From the NCBI GenBank assembly GCA_028534125.1, contig CM052828.1:4588001-4652000 (forward strand): a DNA stretch of 64,000 nucleotides, in the 5' to 3' direction. A program made the position numbers and the translations under genes. The DNA is from Lama glama. Taxonomy: Eukaryota. Positions 50,069-62,612 of this stretch are shown here, piece after piece. How positions within the stretch are numbered: the stretch's first letter is position 1; every line of letters begins with the position of its first letter. The notes under the pieces are model-generated. The model searched no databases. It was not told where the DNA came from and saw only the letters and a list, made by a program, of their open reading frames with translations.

Positions 50069-51655
50069 CCCTGACCCGGATGGAGACACAGCCTGGAGAG
50101 GCACTGGCCGACCACTTTCTCCTTACCCCACACCCCCAGCTCCGTGGCACCTGGCACTTCCACCCTTCTGTGCTCTGGCTCCATCCTCCTGGCTCCACTG
50201 CAACCTTCTCCTGTCTGAACGTTGTCCCTCTGTAACGCTCTCTGGCTCCCTTCCTTCCCAACTCCAGCACGTTCCTGTTTCTACATATGACCTATCCAGT
50301 CTCTGTAAGCAGATCCAACACCTGTCCTGAGATGAGTTCTAGTCTCAGATACGTAGGGGTTTTTCAAAATGTCCCTTTTATTTTTAGGTCTGCCTCCTTT
50401 TGGTGTCAAAACAGGTTCTGATGACCAAGTGCTAATGGGTCATGCCTGTGTGATGTCGCAGGCACGTGGATGTGGGGTGTAGGGGGTAATCTAGGCCTAA
50501 TTAGAGGGCCAAGAAAGAATCAAAGAATGAAACAGTGCGCCCAGGTGATCCTGGACCCACGCAAGACAGGGAACCCCAAAACCAAGATGTGACCTTGGGC
50601 CCGGGAGCAAGCATTCACCCCCAGCCTTGCGCACACCAGGGCTGTGAACTTCCTCTGATACATGTTCTAAAGGAAGAGGAAATGTTAGACACATCTCTCA
50701 GATTGCCTGCGTGGAAACTGCTTTTTAGATGGTTCTGGTCTAGCAGCATAAATGTGATGACTCACACCGAGTCTTTATTCATTGACCCCCTCCTCAGAGG
50801 ACTCTGTGAAGTGACTCACACCTCTATTTACTACATTTGATTGGGAATGTTTGGTGAAATCCTTTCCCCTGGGAACAGGAAGCTTTTGGTGTTTCTTCCA
50901 GAGATGAAGTGCCGCCGCTGGGGGCAGAGCAGCACACGCTCTGCAGATGGGCTACTTCCCATCGGGAGGCTCAGGCGGGGAGACCCAGCGCGGGGACCGC
51001 AGAATCATAGCGTGGGGGAAGGCGCAGCGCGTTACAGGGGGCTGGTCAACATCGGCACGCTATGAATCAGCCAAACGCACAGAAGATAAGGCCCCACAAA
51101 ATATTTCCTGTTTTGAGTATTCAGAAGAAAGACTGAGAGTAAGAATGGACTGTGGGGAATGCTGGCAAAAGGCTCAGTAACTGAATTTTGGGAATTGCGA
51201 CCCCTGGTTTTCCCTATGGAAGATGCTAAGGTATCTGCAGTCAACGGGGCAACGTGGGGAGGCAGAGTCAATACTAGGATCACTGATGGCAGCAAAAGGG
51301 CAGACCATGAGTTCAGCAGCCACAGGCCCCAGACTCAGGGGTAAGCAGGGCAGGGAACAACCAGGCAGATGAGGGACTTTAACCACAGGCCAGCGGATGC
51401 CACAGCATGTGCACCCCAGTGCCTGCAGGAGTCCGGGGACCCCCTGCCCCCAGCCCCACAGGACAAATAAGCCACACATTCCTCCCCCAAATAGCAGATG
51501 CCATCTTGGGGAAAGAAGCAGGGGGAAGGGGAGGCCATCGGAGACACTGAGTAGTTATACAAGTGAAGCAAAGCACTACCTGCAGAAGTGATTTAAATTA
51601 TCAGGTGGACTAAGCTTTAACCCAGATCAGACATTAAATTACAATTTCCCAGTAG

Positions 51656-51800
51656 CTAGATGCAATTTCTTGTAATAACATACAATGGAAAAGAATCTGA
51701 AAAAAAAGTATGTACATTTATAACTGAACCCTTTTACTGTACACCTGAAACTAACATTGTTAAGTCAACCACACTTCAATAAAAACCAAATTAAAAAAAA
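51656..51800 (+). mobile_element. Short L1 3' end
   Basis: TTGTAATAACATACAATGGAAAAGAATCTG...CTGTACACCTGAAACTAAC...CTTCAATAAAAA; flanked by AATTTCCCAGTAG. Confidence 0.85.
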
Positions 51801-51813
51801 AATTTCCCAGTAG

Positions 51814-52548
51814 GAAACCCTCCTATACTATGGGTGGGAATGCAATTTGGTGCAGCCACTATGGAAAACAGTATGGCAATTCCTTAAAAAACCAAAAATA
51901 CCGTGTGATCTAACAATCCCACTCCTGGGCGTACATTCAGAAAAAACTCTAATTCAAAAAGGTANNNNNNNNNNNNNNNNNNNNNNNNNNNNNNNNNNNN
52001 NNNNNNNNNNNNNNNNNNNNNNNNNNNNNNNNNNNNNNNNNNNNNNNNNNNNNNNNNNNNNNNNNNNNNNNNNNNNNNNNNNNNNNNNNNNNNNNNNNNN
52101 NNNNNNNNNNNNNNNNNNAGCAACATGGATGGACCTAGAGATTATCATACTAAGTGAAGTAAGTCAGAAAGGGAAAGACAAATTTCATATGATATCACTT
52201 TATATGTGGAATCTTTTAAAAAATGATACAAATGAACTTATTTATAAAACAGAAAGAGACTCACAGACATAGAAAACAAATTTATGGTTACCAGAAGGGA
52301 AAAGGGGTGAGGGAGGGATAAACTAGGTGTTTGGGATTAGCAGATACAAACTACTATATATTAAATAGATAAACAACAAGGTCCTACTGTATAGCACAAG
52401 GAACTATATTCAATATCCTATAATAAACCATAATGGAAAAGAATATGAGAAGAAATATATATACGTATAACGGAATCACTATGCTACACACCAGAAATTA
52501 ACACAACATTGTAAGTCGATTACACTTCAATAAAAGGGAAGAAAAAAA
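51814..52548 (+). mobile_element. L1 ORF2 C-terminus and 3' UTR (camelid/artiodactyl type)
   Basis: Translates VQPLWKTVWQFLKK...ATWMDLEIIILSEVSQKGKDKFHMISL (L1 ORF2 end), then 3' UTR and polyA. Confidence 0.93.
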
Positions 52549-53149
52549 AATTTCCCAGGAGCCATGTGATGGCAGCATGAGAAAATGATAAGGTTATTTA
52601 TAGACCAAAGTCATTATGGTTTTGTCTACACATCGAGGGGTGCCAGGCAGGAGTAAGTAGCCCTGCTACACAGTTGATTATTTACCACCTACTGTATGCC
52701 AGCCACTGCACTCAATGCGGAGGCCGGGGGTGGGGTACAAATCTGGTTTAAGAGAGAAGCAGACAGGTAAGTAATTATCAGAGAGCGCTGTTGGTAATCT
52801 CTCCGACAGAGGAAGGCCTCAATGACCCGGGGGCCTGGAAGAACAAGGACACAGAGAAGTCTCCTGGGACACTGAGACTTGAGCTGAATTTGGAAGGACA
52901 ATAGGCGTCAACTAGAATTTAGGTTCTAGATGAAGAAGTGAGGGAAGCACTTTCCAGACAAGGAGGACAGTAATAGACACAGAGGCAGGAAAGTGCGTGA
53001 TGAGGTCGGGGGAGAGTGAGGACTCCACATAGCTGGGGTGTGAGGACAAGTCAGAGGTGATGCTAAAGAGGTAAGAGTCCACTGAGGAAGAGACTTGTGT
53101 GTTGAGCTTAGGCATTTGAATTTCACCTTGAAAGTTATAAAAGATCATT

Positions 53150-53292
53150 GTGAATACACACAGGATTTTGTGGTGGCTCACAGTGAAAGAGAATGTGACA
53201 ATGAATGTAAGTATGTTCATGTATAACTGAAAAATCGTGCTTTACACTGGAATTTGACACAACATTGTAAAATGACTGTAACTCAATAAAAA
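53150..53292 (+). mobile_element. Short camelid L1 3' end
   Basis: GCTCACAGTGAAAGAGAATGTGACAATG...TTTGACACAACATTGTAAAATGAC; TSD AAAAGATCATT at 53139-53149 and 53293-53303. Confidence 0.88.
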
Positions 53293-53305
53293 AAAAGATC
53301 ATTAT

Positions 53306-53392
53306 GGGGGGAGGGTAGAGCTCAGTGGTAGAGTGTGTGCATGAGGTCCTGGGTTCAATCCCCAGTAATTCCATTAAAATTTTTAATTAAAT
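53306..53392 (+). mobile_element. Camelid tRNA-derived SINE (internal deletion)
   Basis: GGGGGGAGGGTAGAGCTCAGTGGTAGAG...GAGGTCCTGGGTTCAATCCCCAGTA. Confidence 0.88.
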
Positions 53393-53971
53393 CAATCATT
53401 GGAAGATTCTAACCAGGGAAAGATTGTAACCGTAGGAAGGAATCAGATTCTTATTTAAAAAAAAACTTAGGCGACAGTGGGAGGACCAGCAAAGAGGGGC
53501 AGGGAGAGGAGAAAGGGAAGCCAGTGAAGTGACAATTGCAGTAACTCAGTGAGAAGAGAGGACGACCTGGACCAGGAAGGCAGCTCTGTGGACAAAGAGG
53601 AGGCTCCCCGCTCTGGGGAGGCTGGGGTTTTATTCTCGTTGCCTAACACAACGCTTGCCATGCGTTAGGTGTTCAGGAAAGATTTACTAAATCAATGAAT
53701 GAACGGATTGAAATCAATGAATGAATGCATGGGGTTGCATGCTCAGGTAATCATAGTACTCTAGACAGCAGAACCTGTGTCCTGACACCAGGTAATACAA
53801 CCAGCCTCTAAAGTAGAAGATCTTACCTGGAGGTCCCCCCGATTTCCTAGAGAATCCATGCATTGGTTTGGGTGGAAGGACTACAGATACCAAAAATTGA
53901 ATGCAAAATTTTTTGGTTCCATATGGTTTGGGGAGGGAGGTGATTAATGATTTTCATCAGAAACTCAATGG

Positions 53972-54169
53972 TGTTAACCACTATATATAAAAATAGATAA
54001 AACAAGTTTCTTCTATATAGCACAGGGAACTATATTCAATATCTTGTAATAACTTTTAATGAAAAAGAATATGAAAATGAATATTGTATATATATGCATG
54101 ACTGGGACATTATACTGTACATATTGTAATTGACTATTGTAACTGACTATACTTCAATTAAAAAAAAAA
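53972..54169 (+). mobile_element. Short camelid L1 3' end
   Basis: Same tail family as the 34859 copy; ends in polyA. Confidence 0.87.
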
Positions 54170-54216
54170 CTTAACAGCATTGAATCCTCAAAGTTAACAC
54201 ATCTTTGCTTTGAAGC

Positions 54217-54381
54217 AGTGCTTCTTAAGTTGTGGTCCCCAGAAGAACATCTTCAGTATTATTTGGAAACTTTATTATAAATTCTCAGGCCCTCACTCAG
54301 AAACTGTGGGTGAGGAGCCCAGTATGTGTGTTGGCAAGTCTTGCCGGATCTTTCGGTGCACACTCAACTCTGAGAACCATT
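54217..54381. mobile_element. MER5A-like hAT-Charlie element
   Basis: Termini CAGTGCTTCTTAA ... TGAGAACCATT (imperfect TIR); internal ATTCTCAGGCCC...TCAGAAACT. Confidence 0.72.
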
Positions 54382-54443
54382 AAAGAATTATAAATAGGAT
54401 GCTGTGTTTCTAAATCTGTAGAAGTGAAAAACTAAAAGTCAGA

Positions 54444-54743
54444 GAGAGCCCAGAAATAAACCCTCACATTTACGGTCAAATGATTTTTGACAAGGGTGTC
54501 AAGACTGTTTAATGGGGAAAGGACAGTGTTTTCAGTCAACAGTGCTGGGAAAGCTGGATATTCACATGCAAAAGAATGAAACTGAACCCCTATCTAACTC
54601 CATCTCCAAAAATTAATTCCAGATGGATTAAGGGCCCAAATGTGAGACCTTAAACTCTTAGAAGAAAACACAAATCAAAAGCTTCTCGGAAATGGGTTTG
54701 GCAATGATTTTCTTGGTTATGACACCAAAGGGCCAGGTAACAA
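54444..54743 (+). mobile_element. L1 ORF2 internal fragment
   Basis: GAGAGCCCAGAAATAAACCCTCACATTTACGGTCAAATGATTTTTGACAAGGG (ESPEINPHIYGQMIFDKG). Confidence 0.9.
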
Positions 54744-54744
54744 G

Positions 54745-55003
54745 TGTCAGAGTGACCGACCCCCAACAAGAACCCACGCCACCGAGACTTCCGTGAGCGT
54801 CTCTGGTTAGTGACAAGCTCTGTTCGTCACACGTTGTTGCTGGGGGGAGCTGAAGCCCTCTGCACGTGTCCTCTGGGAGAAGACACTGGGACCTGGGCTT
54901 GGCCTCCCAGGACCCCATTTCGGTGCCTTCCCTGTGGCTGATTGTACCCTGTATCCTTTCTCTGTAAAGACCAAAACTGTGAGTAGAACAGCTTTTTTGA
55001 GCT
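54745..55003 (+). mobile_element. MER21-like LTR fragment
   Basis: GTCACACGTTGTTGCTGG...GCTGATTGTACCCTGTATCCTTTCTCTGTAA...TGTGAGTAGAACAGCTTTT resembles the recalled MER21 consensus. Confidence 0.7.
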
Positions 55004-58000
55004 AATAAATAAATGCAATTAATTAATTAAAAGGCCGAGAGAGAGACACACACAGAGAGAAAGCATAGCAAATAGAAACCAAAAGTAGGTAGCAGAGTAA
55101 GTCCAACTGTATCAGAACTCAAAATATATGCAAACATACTGAAGTCGCCAGTGAAAGATGGAGAGGCCCGGTGGATCGGTTACAAGCAGCAGCAAGCCTA
55201 GGCATCACCGAGGTTTACACTTGGAGAGGTTCTAGGCTAGTCCAGAGTCGTGAGCCGGGGAGGAGAGAAGCAGGGGGCGCCCACGCTGTCCTCCCACCGT
55301 GCTGAGAGCGGGACCCGGATGCCCCGGGCCCTCTGCCACCGTCCTCCACTCCGAGGAGTTCGGGCGTGTGTGCAGGACTGCCATCAGTTATCCCCAGGCC
55401 AGCATGTCAGCACTTACTAAGCCATAAAAGTAATTCCTTTTTTATATATGATCACTCATCAAAGGCATTTGGTTTACTCTAGGAGGTTTTTATATGGCCT
55501 CAAATTAGTAAGTCTTTTTTTTTTTCTTTTGATAGCTTCAGCCTCAAGAAGCAAGAGAATTGGAGAAAGGTCAAGAGGCCCCTCGTAAAAGAACACAAGA
55601 TAAGCAGCAGGATATGCGAAATGAGGCTCCCACGGAGCCCGGAAAATGCAGGGACGAACCTCTGTGAACTGACAGAGCCGGCAGCTGGGGCTGGAAAAAC
55701 GGGCTCGCAAGTCGAGATTGCTTTGATAATGAAAAGGACGAATTTGACCTAAGAGCAGAGGAGGTAACATCCCCAGGGGACTTTGAAGTCCCGTCTGTTT
55801 CCTGGGCTGAAAGGAGCTGGGATTTCTCCAGCGGCTCACAGGGATGGGCAGACAGCGGAAGATCTGACGCCGCGGGGAGGGCCCCCTGGGGAGCTTCAAG
55901 TGAGGAGGACCAGGCTGTTTGAAGTCGGGAGTACCAGACTTCACATTCGATGCTGCTGGATAATTTTGTTCAATTTTCCTGAGACTACATTTCTTTGTCT
56001 TTAAAATGAGAACAACCGAATCACCTCCCTGAGTTGCTAGGATGATGACATAAAGTGATATGGGAAAAGTCAGTGGGTAAAAGAGGAACTCCTTAAACGC
56101 CAGCTCCCCTTCCTCCAGTGTGGACTTCTGTGGATTCAAACTCATTTTGAATTTCTAGGTCTCCAGCAAATGTATTTAGTGCAGCACTAAGGACTAAATG
56201 TCACCTCTTGGGTATCCCCAAGTCTAAAAAGTCAGAAATGTTGAAATGTCTTCTCTCTCTGAACTGTCCTGGGATGTCCTGACTTATCTTCTTACCCACT
56301 TCCCCTTCTGCGGTTCAGATATTCTCTCAGTATCTGTGTTTGTGAAGTTCCATCTCTAGCTCTGAATTTCCTCCACAGTTCTTGTGGCCGAGGTCCAGAC
56401 AGCCTGCCTGCATGTCCCTCTCCCTCACCCAACACTCCGTTTGTTTTGCCAGCAAGTACGTATGGAATGCCGCGAAGTGCCAAGTCCTGTGCCCAGACCA
56501 TCGTTTCCAGCTAAATTAGAAACAGTTCAACCCTCAAGGAGCTCCTGTCCATGGAGAGAGGGATTCTGTGATGATGGTGGTACCTGATCTGCTGCATCCT
56601 GTTGCCCGGGAGACGCAGCAGGGCCAGGCACTGCCTGAGGACCGAGGAGAATCAATCCAGGACCAAAGAAACATGCATCGCCCGAGCTGCTAGGGTCCAG
56701 CCATGCCAGAGGGCCTGTCGGGCAAGGCTCCACCAGGAGTTCCTGGCCGGGGGCTGTCCACTCTGCAGACAGAACGTGAAGCCCTCGCAGCCCGACGTGG
56801 CCCGGGAGGCAGAGCAGACAGGAGGGGGTGATCCGCCGGGGCCAAGCTGCAGGGGCTTAGATGTCACCAGCATCCAGCATCTAGCCTGTGGGATGTGGGA
56901 AGCCCGATGCTGCATCCTGGCACCCCAAGGCCTCAGGGGCTTGCTTGGGAAAAGATAAGAAGTGAGTTGTGGGAAGGTTGTGTGGGTTGTGGGTCCAGGG
57001 ATTCTGGCAATGCCTCAGCACAGGGGAAGCTGTCCTGCACTCAGAATGCTCGCCAGGCAACCTGGAGGGCCTGGGACTCCACAACCCAGCAGCACTGCAG
57101 AAACCAGATCACTGGGGAGACTTCACAAAGGGGTGAATGGACTGGACAGGTAACTGAACAGCTGTAACACATGGCCGTGTTGCTCAGAAATCACCGTGCT
57201 CACTGTCACTGGGCAACGTGATGCGGTGAAGAAAACATGGCCTGGGGTCAGACCTGCCAGGTTAGATCGCAGCTCAGAGGTGTAGCAGCGGGTGATCAGG
57301 GCCTCAGGGTCCTGATCTGTCAACTGGGGCTGCAGGAGGCTTTACTGAGAATCGATGTATGAAAATACATCATAGTATATACTGGTATAGATTAAAGGTT
57401 CAACAAATGGTCATTATGATGATGATTATTGAGAGATAAGCCCAGTGAGTTTTGTCCTCTCCCTCGTGGTCTCTTTCGCCACCAGGTCACTAGACGAGTC
57501 CTCTGTGAGCTCTCCTGTCTCTGCTCCCCTCCGGTCGCTGCCCTCTGCCTCCTTAAGTGCAGAGCTGGCCCTCCTCACTCCAGCTGAAGGGGGCCTCTCC
57601 CACCCCTGAACTCCCACCACGTGTCATGTACACACGTCCCGTTCTGCTTGGCAACACGGTTTCCCAGCCCCTGTCCTTGACTCCGTCCTGCAAATGAACG
57701 CAGAGACCAGGCCATTTGGTTCCCGATCAGCACCCAGCAGACTGCCCTGCACTGCCTGTGCTCATCAGGTACTAAGTGTCACTGCAAAAAACAGTGAGCA
57801 CATAGCATATGTGTCAACAAATGAAATTGCTTTTCTCCTACACAGTTCCTTGTACTAACCCTCCAAGACGTAGGGGAATAAAGGTTATCTAAGCCCATTT
57901 CCCATGGACTGTATCCTCAGAGAGCATGCAGTTAGCACCTAAGTGCCCCTGTCACCCTTCAAAGCAGGCCACCAGACCACATATTCTGGTCCTTGTTTTT

Positions 58001-58620
58001 TGGAATTCAGTATACAAAACAGAACCTGATGCCACATTCCAGGGCTATGACAAGTCAAATCCCAATTCTGTGAACTCCAAGAGATCATAAAATACATCAT
58101 AACAAAGATTACTTCTAATAAGAGAGTCTGGATGCCTAGGGTTTTGAAATCTTCTTGGTTTGTCAAATAGACACTCAGTTATAATCTAATTTCCCTTGTG
58201 GCACCCCTAGCAAACTTTGTAAATACCAAGGATGTTGTCGGTGGGGGAGATGGGTGGGACTGTTAGAAATGCCGTGGGGTGGAAAACATACTAGAGATTA
58301 AGGAAAAATGTACAAAGGAAATGAGGACAGAATAGGCAAAATGAAGAACTGGATGAAGTCTTGGTGGAATGATGCTCTGTCCTGGTCCTGAGGTCTTTCT
58401 TCCTCTTAGTATTTCTTTACCCAGGCCTGGACAGATTGTAAACATAGCAGAGTCAGCTGAGAAATCCAGGAAGCAGAGTAGACTGGTTGCAGAAATACTT
58501 GTAGGCTTTCCCTGGTGAGGCTATTCCTCTTCTAAAGAACTCCAAGAAGGTGCCTGCTTATCTAGAAGAGTAACATCAGAAAAGGCTTTTCCTTTCCTGC
58601 CAATTTCTACTCATCTCGAA

Positions 58621-58745
58621 TTTCTTTTCTTTTCTTTTCTTTCTTCCTTCCTTCCTTCCTTCCTACTGGAAGTTCTGGGGATTGAACCCAGGACCTTGTG
58701 TATGCTAAGCACATGCTCTACCACTGAGCTCTACCCTCCCCCTCC
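58621..58745 (-). mobile_element. Camelid tRNA-derived SINE with (GAAA/GGAA)n tail
   Basis: GGGGATTGAACCCAGGACC...CTCTACCACTGAGCTCTACCCTCCCC preceded by (TTTTC)/(TTCC)n. Confidence 0.88.
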
Positions 58746-60779
58746 ACTCATCACAGTCTCTACTAACTGAGACAACTCTAAATCTCAACTAATGATCGGC
58801 ACAGAGTAGTTCCTCAGGAAAATAGCTTGGAACAGATCGCTGTCTTGTCTGATGGCTGCTGGCTTCGGTTCCGATGCCCGCCACAGTAAATCGTGTCCTG
58901 TGCATTTGAGGGTAAAATGTCGTTCACGTTAGAGATTGCGCCAGGACATGGAGGGCGGCTGGCTCTGTGGGATCTGAACAGCTTTTTGATAGGGGAGCTT
59001 CCGCAGGTTGCGGTGTATCTCTTCCAGATGTCCTGCTGTGTGTCTGCTAGAAGAAATACGAGCAGACAAAACATAGCTCATTTTACCTTAAAAAAAAGGG
59101 AGGCTACCATGCCCCAGGGCACAAGTGACAGACAATAAACTAGCAAATACCAGTGAACTGTTGGAACTGGGTTTTTGCTGGGCCATGGATGGAAACACAT
59201 TTGCACCTAATAAACAGGAAATGACGAGTAAATGGAGGGAACGGCACACAAATGGTGACTACTACCTGTGTCTTTAAGTGACTCCTGGGCTAGGGAGAGG
59301 TGGGTGCACGGCAAGTCTGGTGCTCTGTTCCAGCTTTGTGGACACACAGCAGCAAATCCTACAACAAGCCCATAGGTGTGTTGAGAAAACCGTGATTTAC
59401 GTAGGTGTACCTGGCGCACATGAAATTTCAGCCTCTGTCAAAACACACATTCTTAGGGAAACGTTCAGATCGAGTGTTTGCGTCACCATGTTTATGAAGC
59501 ACTGGTGATTCTGGCTCCATGCTTCCTAAAGGGAACCAGCCTAAATGCTGCCTGAGAGGTTTTCCTGTAGCTGGTGAAGGCCACTGTCCCTCACCTCACT
59601 AGGTCCCCGCTTGCTGATGCCGCCAGGTTTTCTGCCAGAGAAAGGCCCCTGCTCAGCACCTGGGACGTCAGTGAGAGCCTCAGGGAGCAGCAGAAAATTA
59701 AGACCCAATCTGATGGAGCGTCACTCCTGGGGCCTTAGCTGTTTATTTTCTCACATTCCTCCTGCCCTCCGCCTTGTAAGTCACCTTCTGCCCCTTCTGC
59801 GGCACTCTTGCTGCAAAGCAGACCAGCAGAAATGAACACAAGGCCACAGAGGAAGCAGGCTGGGGAGAGGTTGGGACTCAAGCCCCGGGCTGGGCGGAAG
59901 GTCCAGGCCAAGGGAGCCGTCATGTGGTCCAGGGACAGGATGGTTCGGAGGGGACTGAGAAACAGGCCCAGGAGCTCCAAGCAGGGCAGAGCACGCGCCA
60001 TCCACAGGCAAGGGAATGGGAGAGGAAGGTCTACACAACCAGAGGAGTTAGGCTGGACCAAGCGGAGGTTCACCTGTCTTCCGGAAGTTTTTGACAAAAG
60101 ACAGGCAACAAATTCTAGCAATCACGTTACCCGGAGAGGCGGCCTCACCTGAGTGAGGGTACGCATGTGTGTACATATTTGAAAATGTTTTATCAAAAAT
60201 GATCATTTGGCGATAGAAAGTAATATGACGTCCTTCCCTAGCCCCTTACACATGCGTGCGTGTGCACACGCACACACGCACACATACATACACACTCTCA
60301 TACACACACACACACACACACTCAGTGAATATTCCTCACTAGAAACTTCTTTCCACTGGTCTGGCCACTACTGCACACTTGCTTTATAAGAGGGCAAAGG
60401 AAGATTGCTCTAAGAAAAAAGTAAATTAAGTGGTTAAAATTTTTAAAAATTTCTAATAATGCTTGTTATTTCAGCATTATAGCTTCATTCCTTGGGATCT
60501 TTATGAGTTCCTATTTAAAATTTTAAATACCTTGGGTCAGAGGCAGAGGGTAGTCCCTCAGGCCATCAGTAAGTTAATGGGGCCAGTCATTCTAGAGGTT
60601 GTCCTGGGGATCTTTAGCTCTGAATTATTTCGACACCTCAGATACCCCGGCCTGGCATTGTGTTGCCCAGGGCCCCAGGCTTGCTATGCTGGGACTTAGA
60701 TTTCACCGAGGTAAACTGGCTGACTTAGGTCCCAGGACATAAGCCTAGCTAGAGATTCATAGGCCAACAATGAAAATTA

Positions 60780-61300
60780 AAAAGCAAACAACATATTGGG
60801 AACATATTTGCCATTTGTGACAAAGGCTAATTGCCTAAATACAAAAAGAGCTCACACAAATCGATAGAAGAGGAACACTGCAGTAGAAAATCAGCAGCAA
60901 GGACAACCAGCCCCCGTCCACCCTCACACACTCACACCCTCACACACACACACGCACACACACACACTCACACACACACACTCACACACACTCACACACA
61001 CACACTCTCACACACACACACTGACACACTCACACACACAAATGAAGCGACAATTCAGAAGGGAAGAATTACAACATGATTTTAAAAAGCAAAGAAAAAA
61101 ACAGTTTAACCTCACAGGTAATTAAAGAAATGCAAACTAAAGCAACAATGGGATACTTAACTGCTTATCAAATTAGCAAACACTTTGTTTTGTTTTATTA
61201 ACGATAAATTTGGTATTGGCAGGCATTCAGGAAAATAAATGGCTTTTACACTGTTTGTATGAGTGTAAATTGGCACAACCTTTCTTGGGGGAGATTTGGG
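60780..61300 (+). mobile_element. Degraded old L1 (L1ME/L1MC-like) ORF2 fragment
   Basis: GACAAAGGCTAATT, AAAGAAATGCAAACTAAAGCAACAATG, GAGTGTAAATTGGCACAACC; interrupted by (CA)n. Confidence 0.7.
60926..61040 (+). repeat. Imperfect (CA)n/(CACT) repeat
   Basis: Direct inspection; a similar tract lies at ~60248-60322. Confidence 0.9.
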
Positions 61301-61629
61301 ATATTTACGCGAGGCCCTTTAACCCAGCATTTCTTTATATGTACACCACAGGCAATTGGTGAAATGGCTATGATACAACCACATGTCACCGTTAAAAATG
61401 ATGCTGTAGAAGAAACATCCACTGCCATTGCTAACAATGTAGATTATAAATGAACATGTTTAGTACAAATAAAATTTTTGATGAAAATATATATATATGG
61501 GCCTCAAGAATCAGACTCTCTGTGATATAAAATGACTAACTTTGACATTTATTTTGCTTCCATGGATAAGTCTACTTTAAAAGCTAACACAAAGAATTTC
61601 CCCAGCAGTAATTAGTTTATTCTATAAAT

Positions 61630-62140
61630 ATTTATTAATCTCTTTTTATGAGCCAGATTCTAGATGAGAGATACAGAAATAAGACAAAATTCTAGTCTTT
61701 GCCCCTTTTGGCAGGGAACAGAGATGATAAGTAGAACATACAGAAGTAAGAGAGTGACAACTTCAAAAAGAAAAGAAAAGAGTTTACAATGATAGAGTCT
61801 GTCAACAGTCCAGGGGACAACATTAGATATGATGGCCGGTCTGATGGAATTATAGTTGAGTTGAGAACAGACTGGGGAGAAGTCTAGAACCATGAGAGAA
61901 GCATTCTGGTGGGACAGAGAGCAAGTGCAAAGGCCCCGAGGCAGGAACAGTATTCTAATGACTAAGGAACAGAAGTAAGTTAGATCAGTGTGGTGAGAAT
62001 CTGTATACAAAAGTGAGCAAGAGGGTGGTAAGAGATGAGGTCAGAGAATCAGGCAGGGGTCAGACCATGGAGATGCTTGGGCCAGGAAAGGATGTTAAAT
62101 TTTATTCTAGGGCAATGGGAAGCCATCAGAGGACTTCATT
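61630..62140 (-). mobile_element. L2 remnant
   Basis: GCAAGTGCAAAGGCCCCGAGGCAGGAAC...GAGATGAGGTCAGAGA...TTTTATTCTAGGGCAATGGGAAGCCAT. Confidence 0.7.
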
Positions 62141-62417
62141 GATAATTTGATAAAATGTATTTTTTTAAGGATAAAAATAAAATACAAACTTTTGGTAATA
62201 CACAGTTAATACATTAACTCCACATATATAATTTTATTTAATAAAACAATTCTTCAGGGTAGGTATTACTTATTCTCTTCCTAGACGTTGAGTGACTTGC
62301 CACAGCCACAAAGCTGGTTGGTGGAATGACTGGGATGAGAAACTGGGCTCCTGCATCCCAGGTAAACCGTTACAAATAAAAATAAAAACCAGTTTTATAA
62401 AATAAAAGTGCATAACA

Positions 62418-62612
62418 TGCAGCACGGGGAATATAGTCAGTCATATTGTAATAACTGGGCATGGTGAAACGTCTAGACTTACGGTGATGATTTTGAAATG
62501 CACATAAATATCAAATCACCATGATGGACACTTGAAACTAATATGATACTGTATAACAAGTCAATTAAAACTGAAGTCAACACTTCAATTTAATTAAAAA
62601 AAAAAGAGAAAA
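62418..62612 (+). mobile_element. L1 3' end
   Basis: CAGCACGGGGAATATAGTCA...TATTGTAATAACT...CACTTGAAACTAATATGATACTGT...polyA. Confidence 0.78.

Noticed and set aside
55474-56145. 223-aa minus-strand ORF
   Set aside because: Non-ATG start, overlaps a MIR remnant (~55930-56070), no homology recognised.
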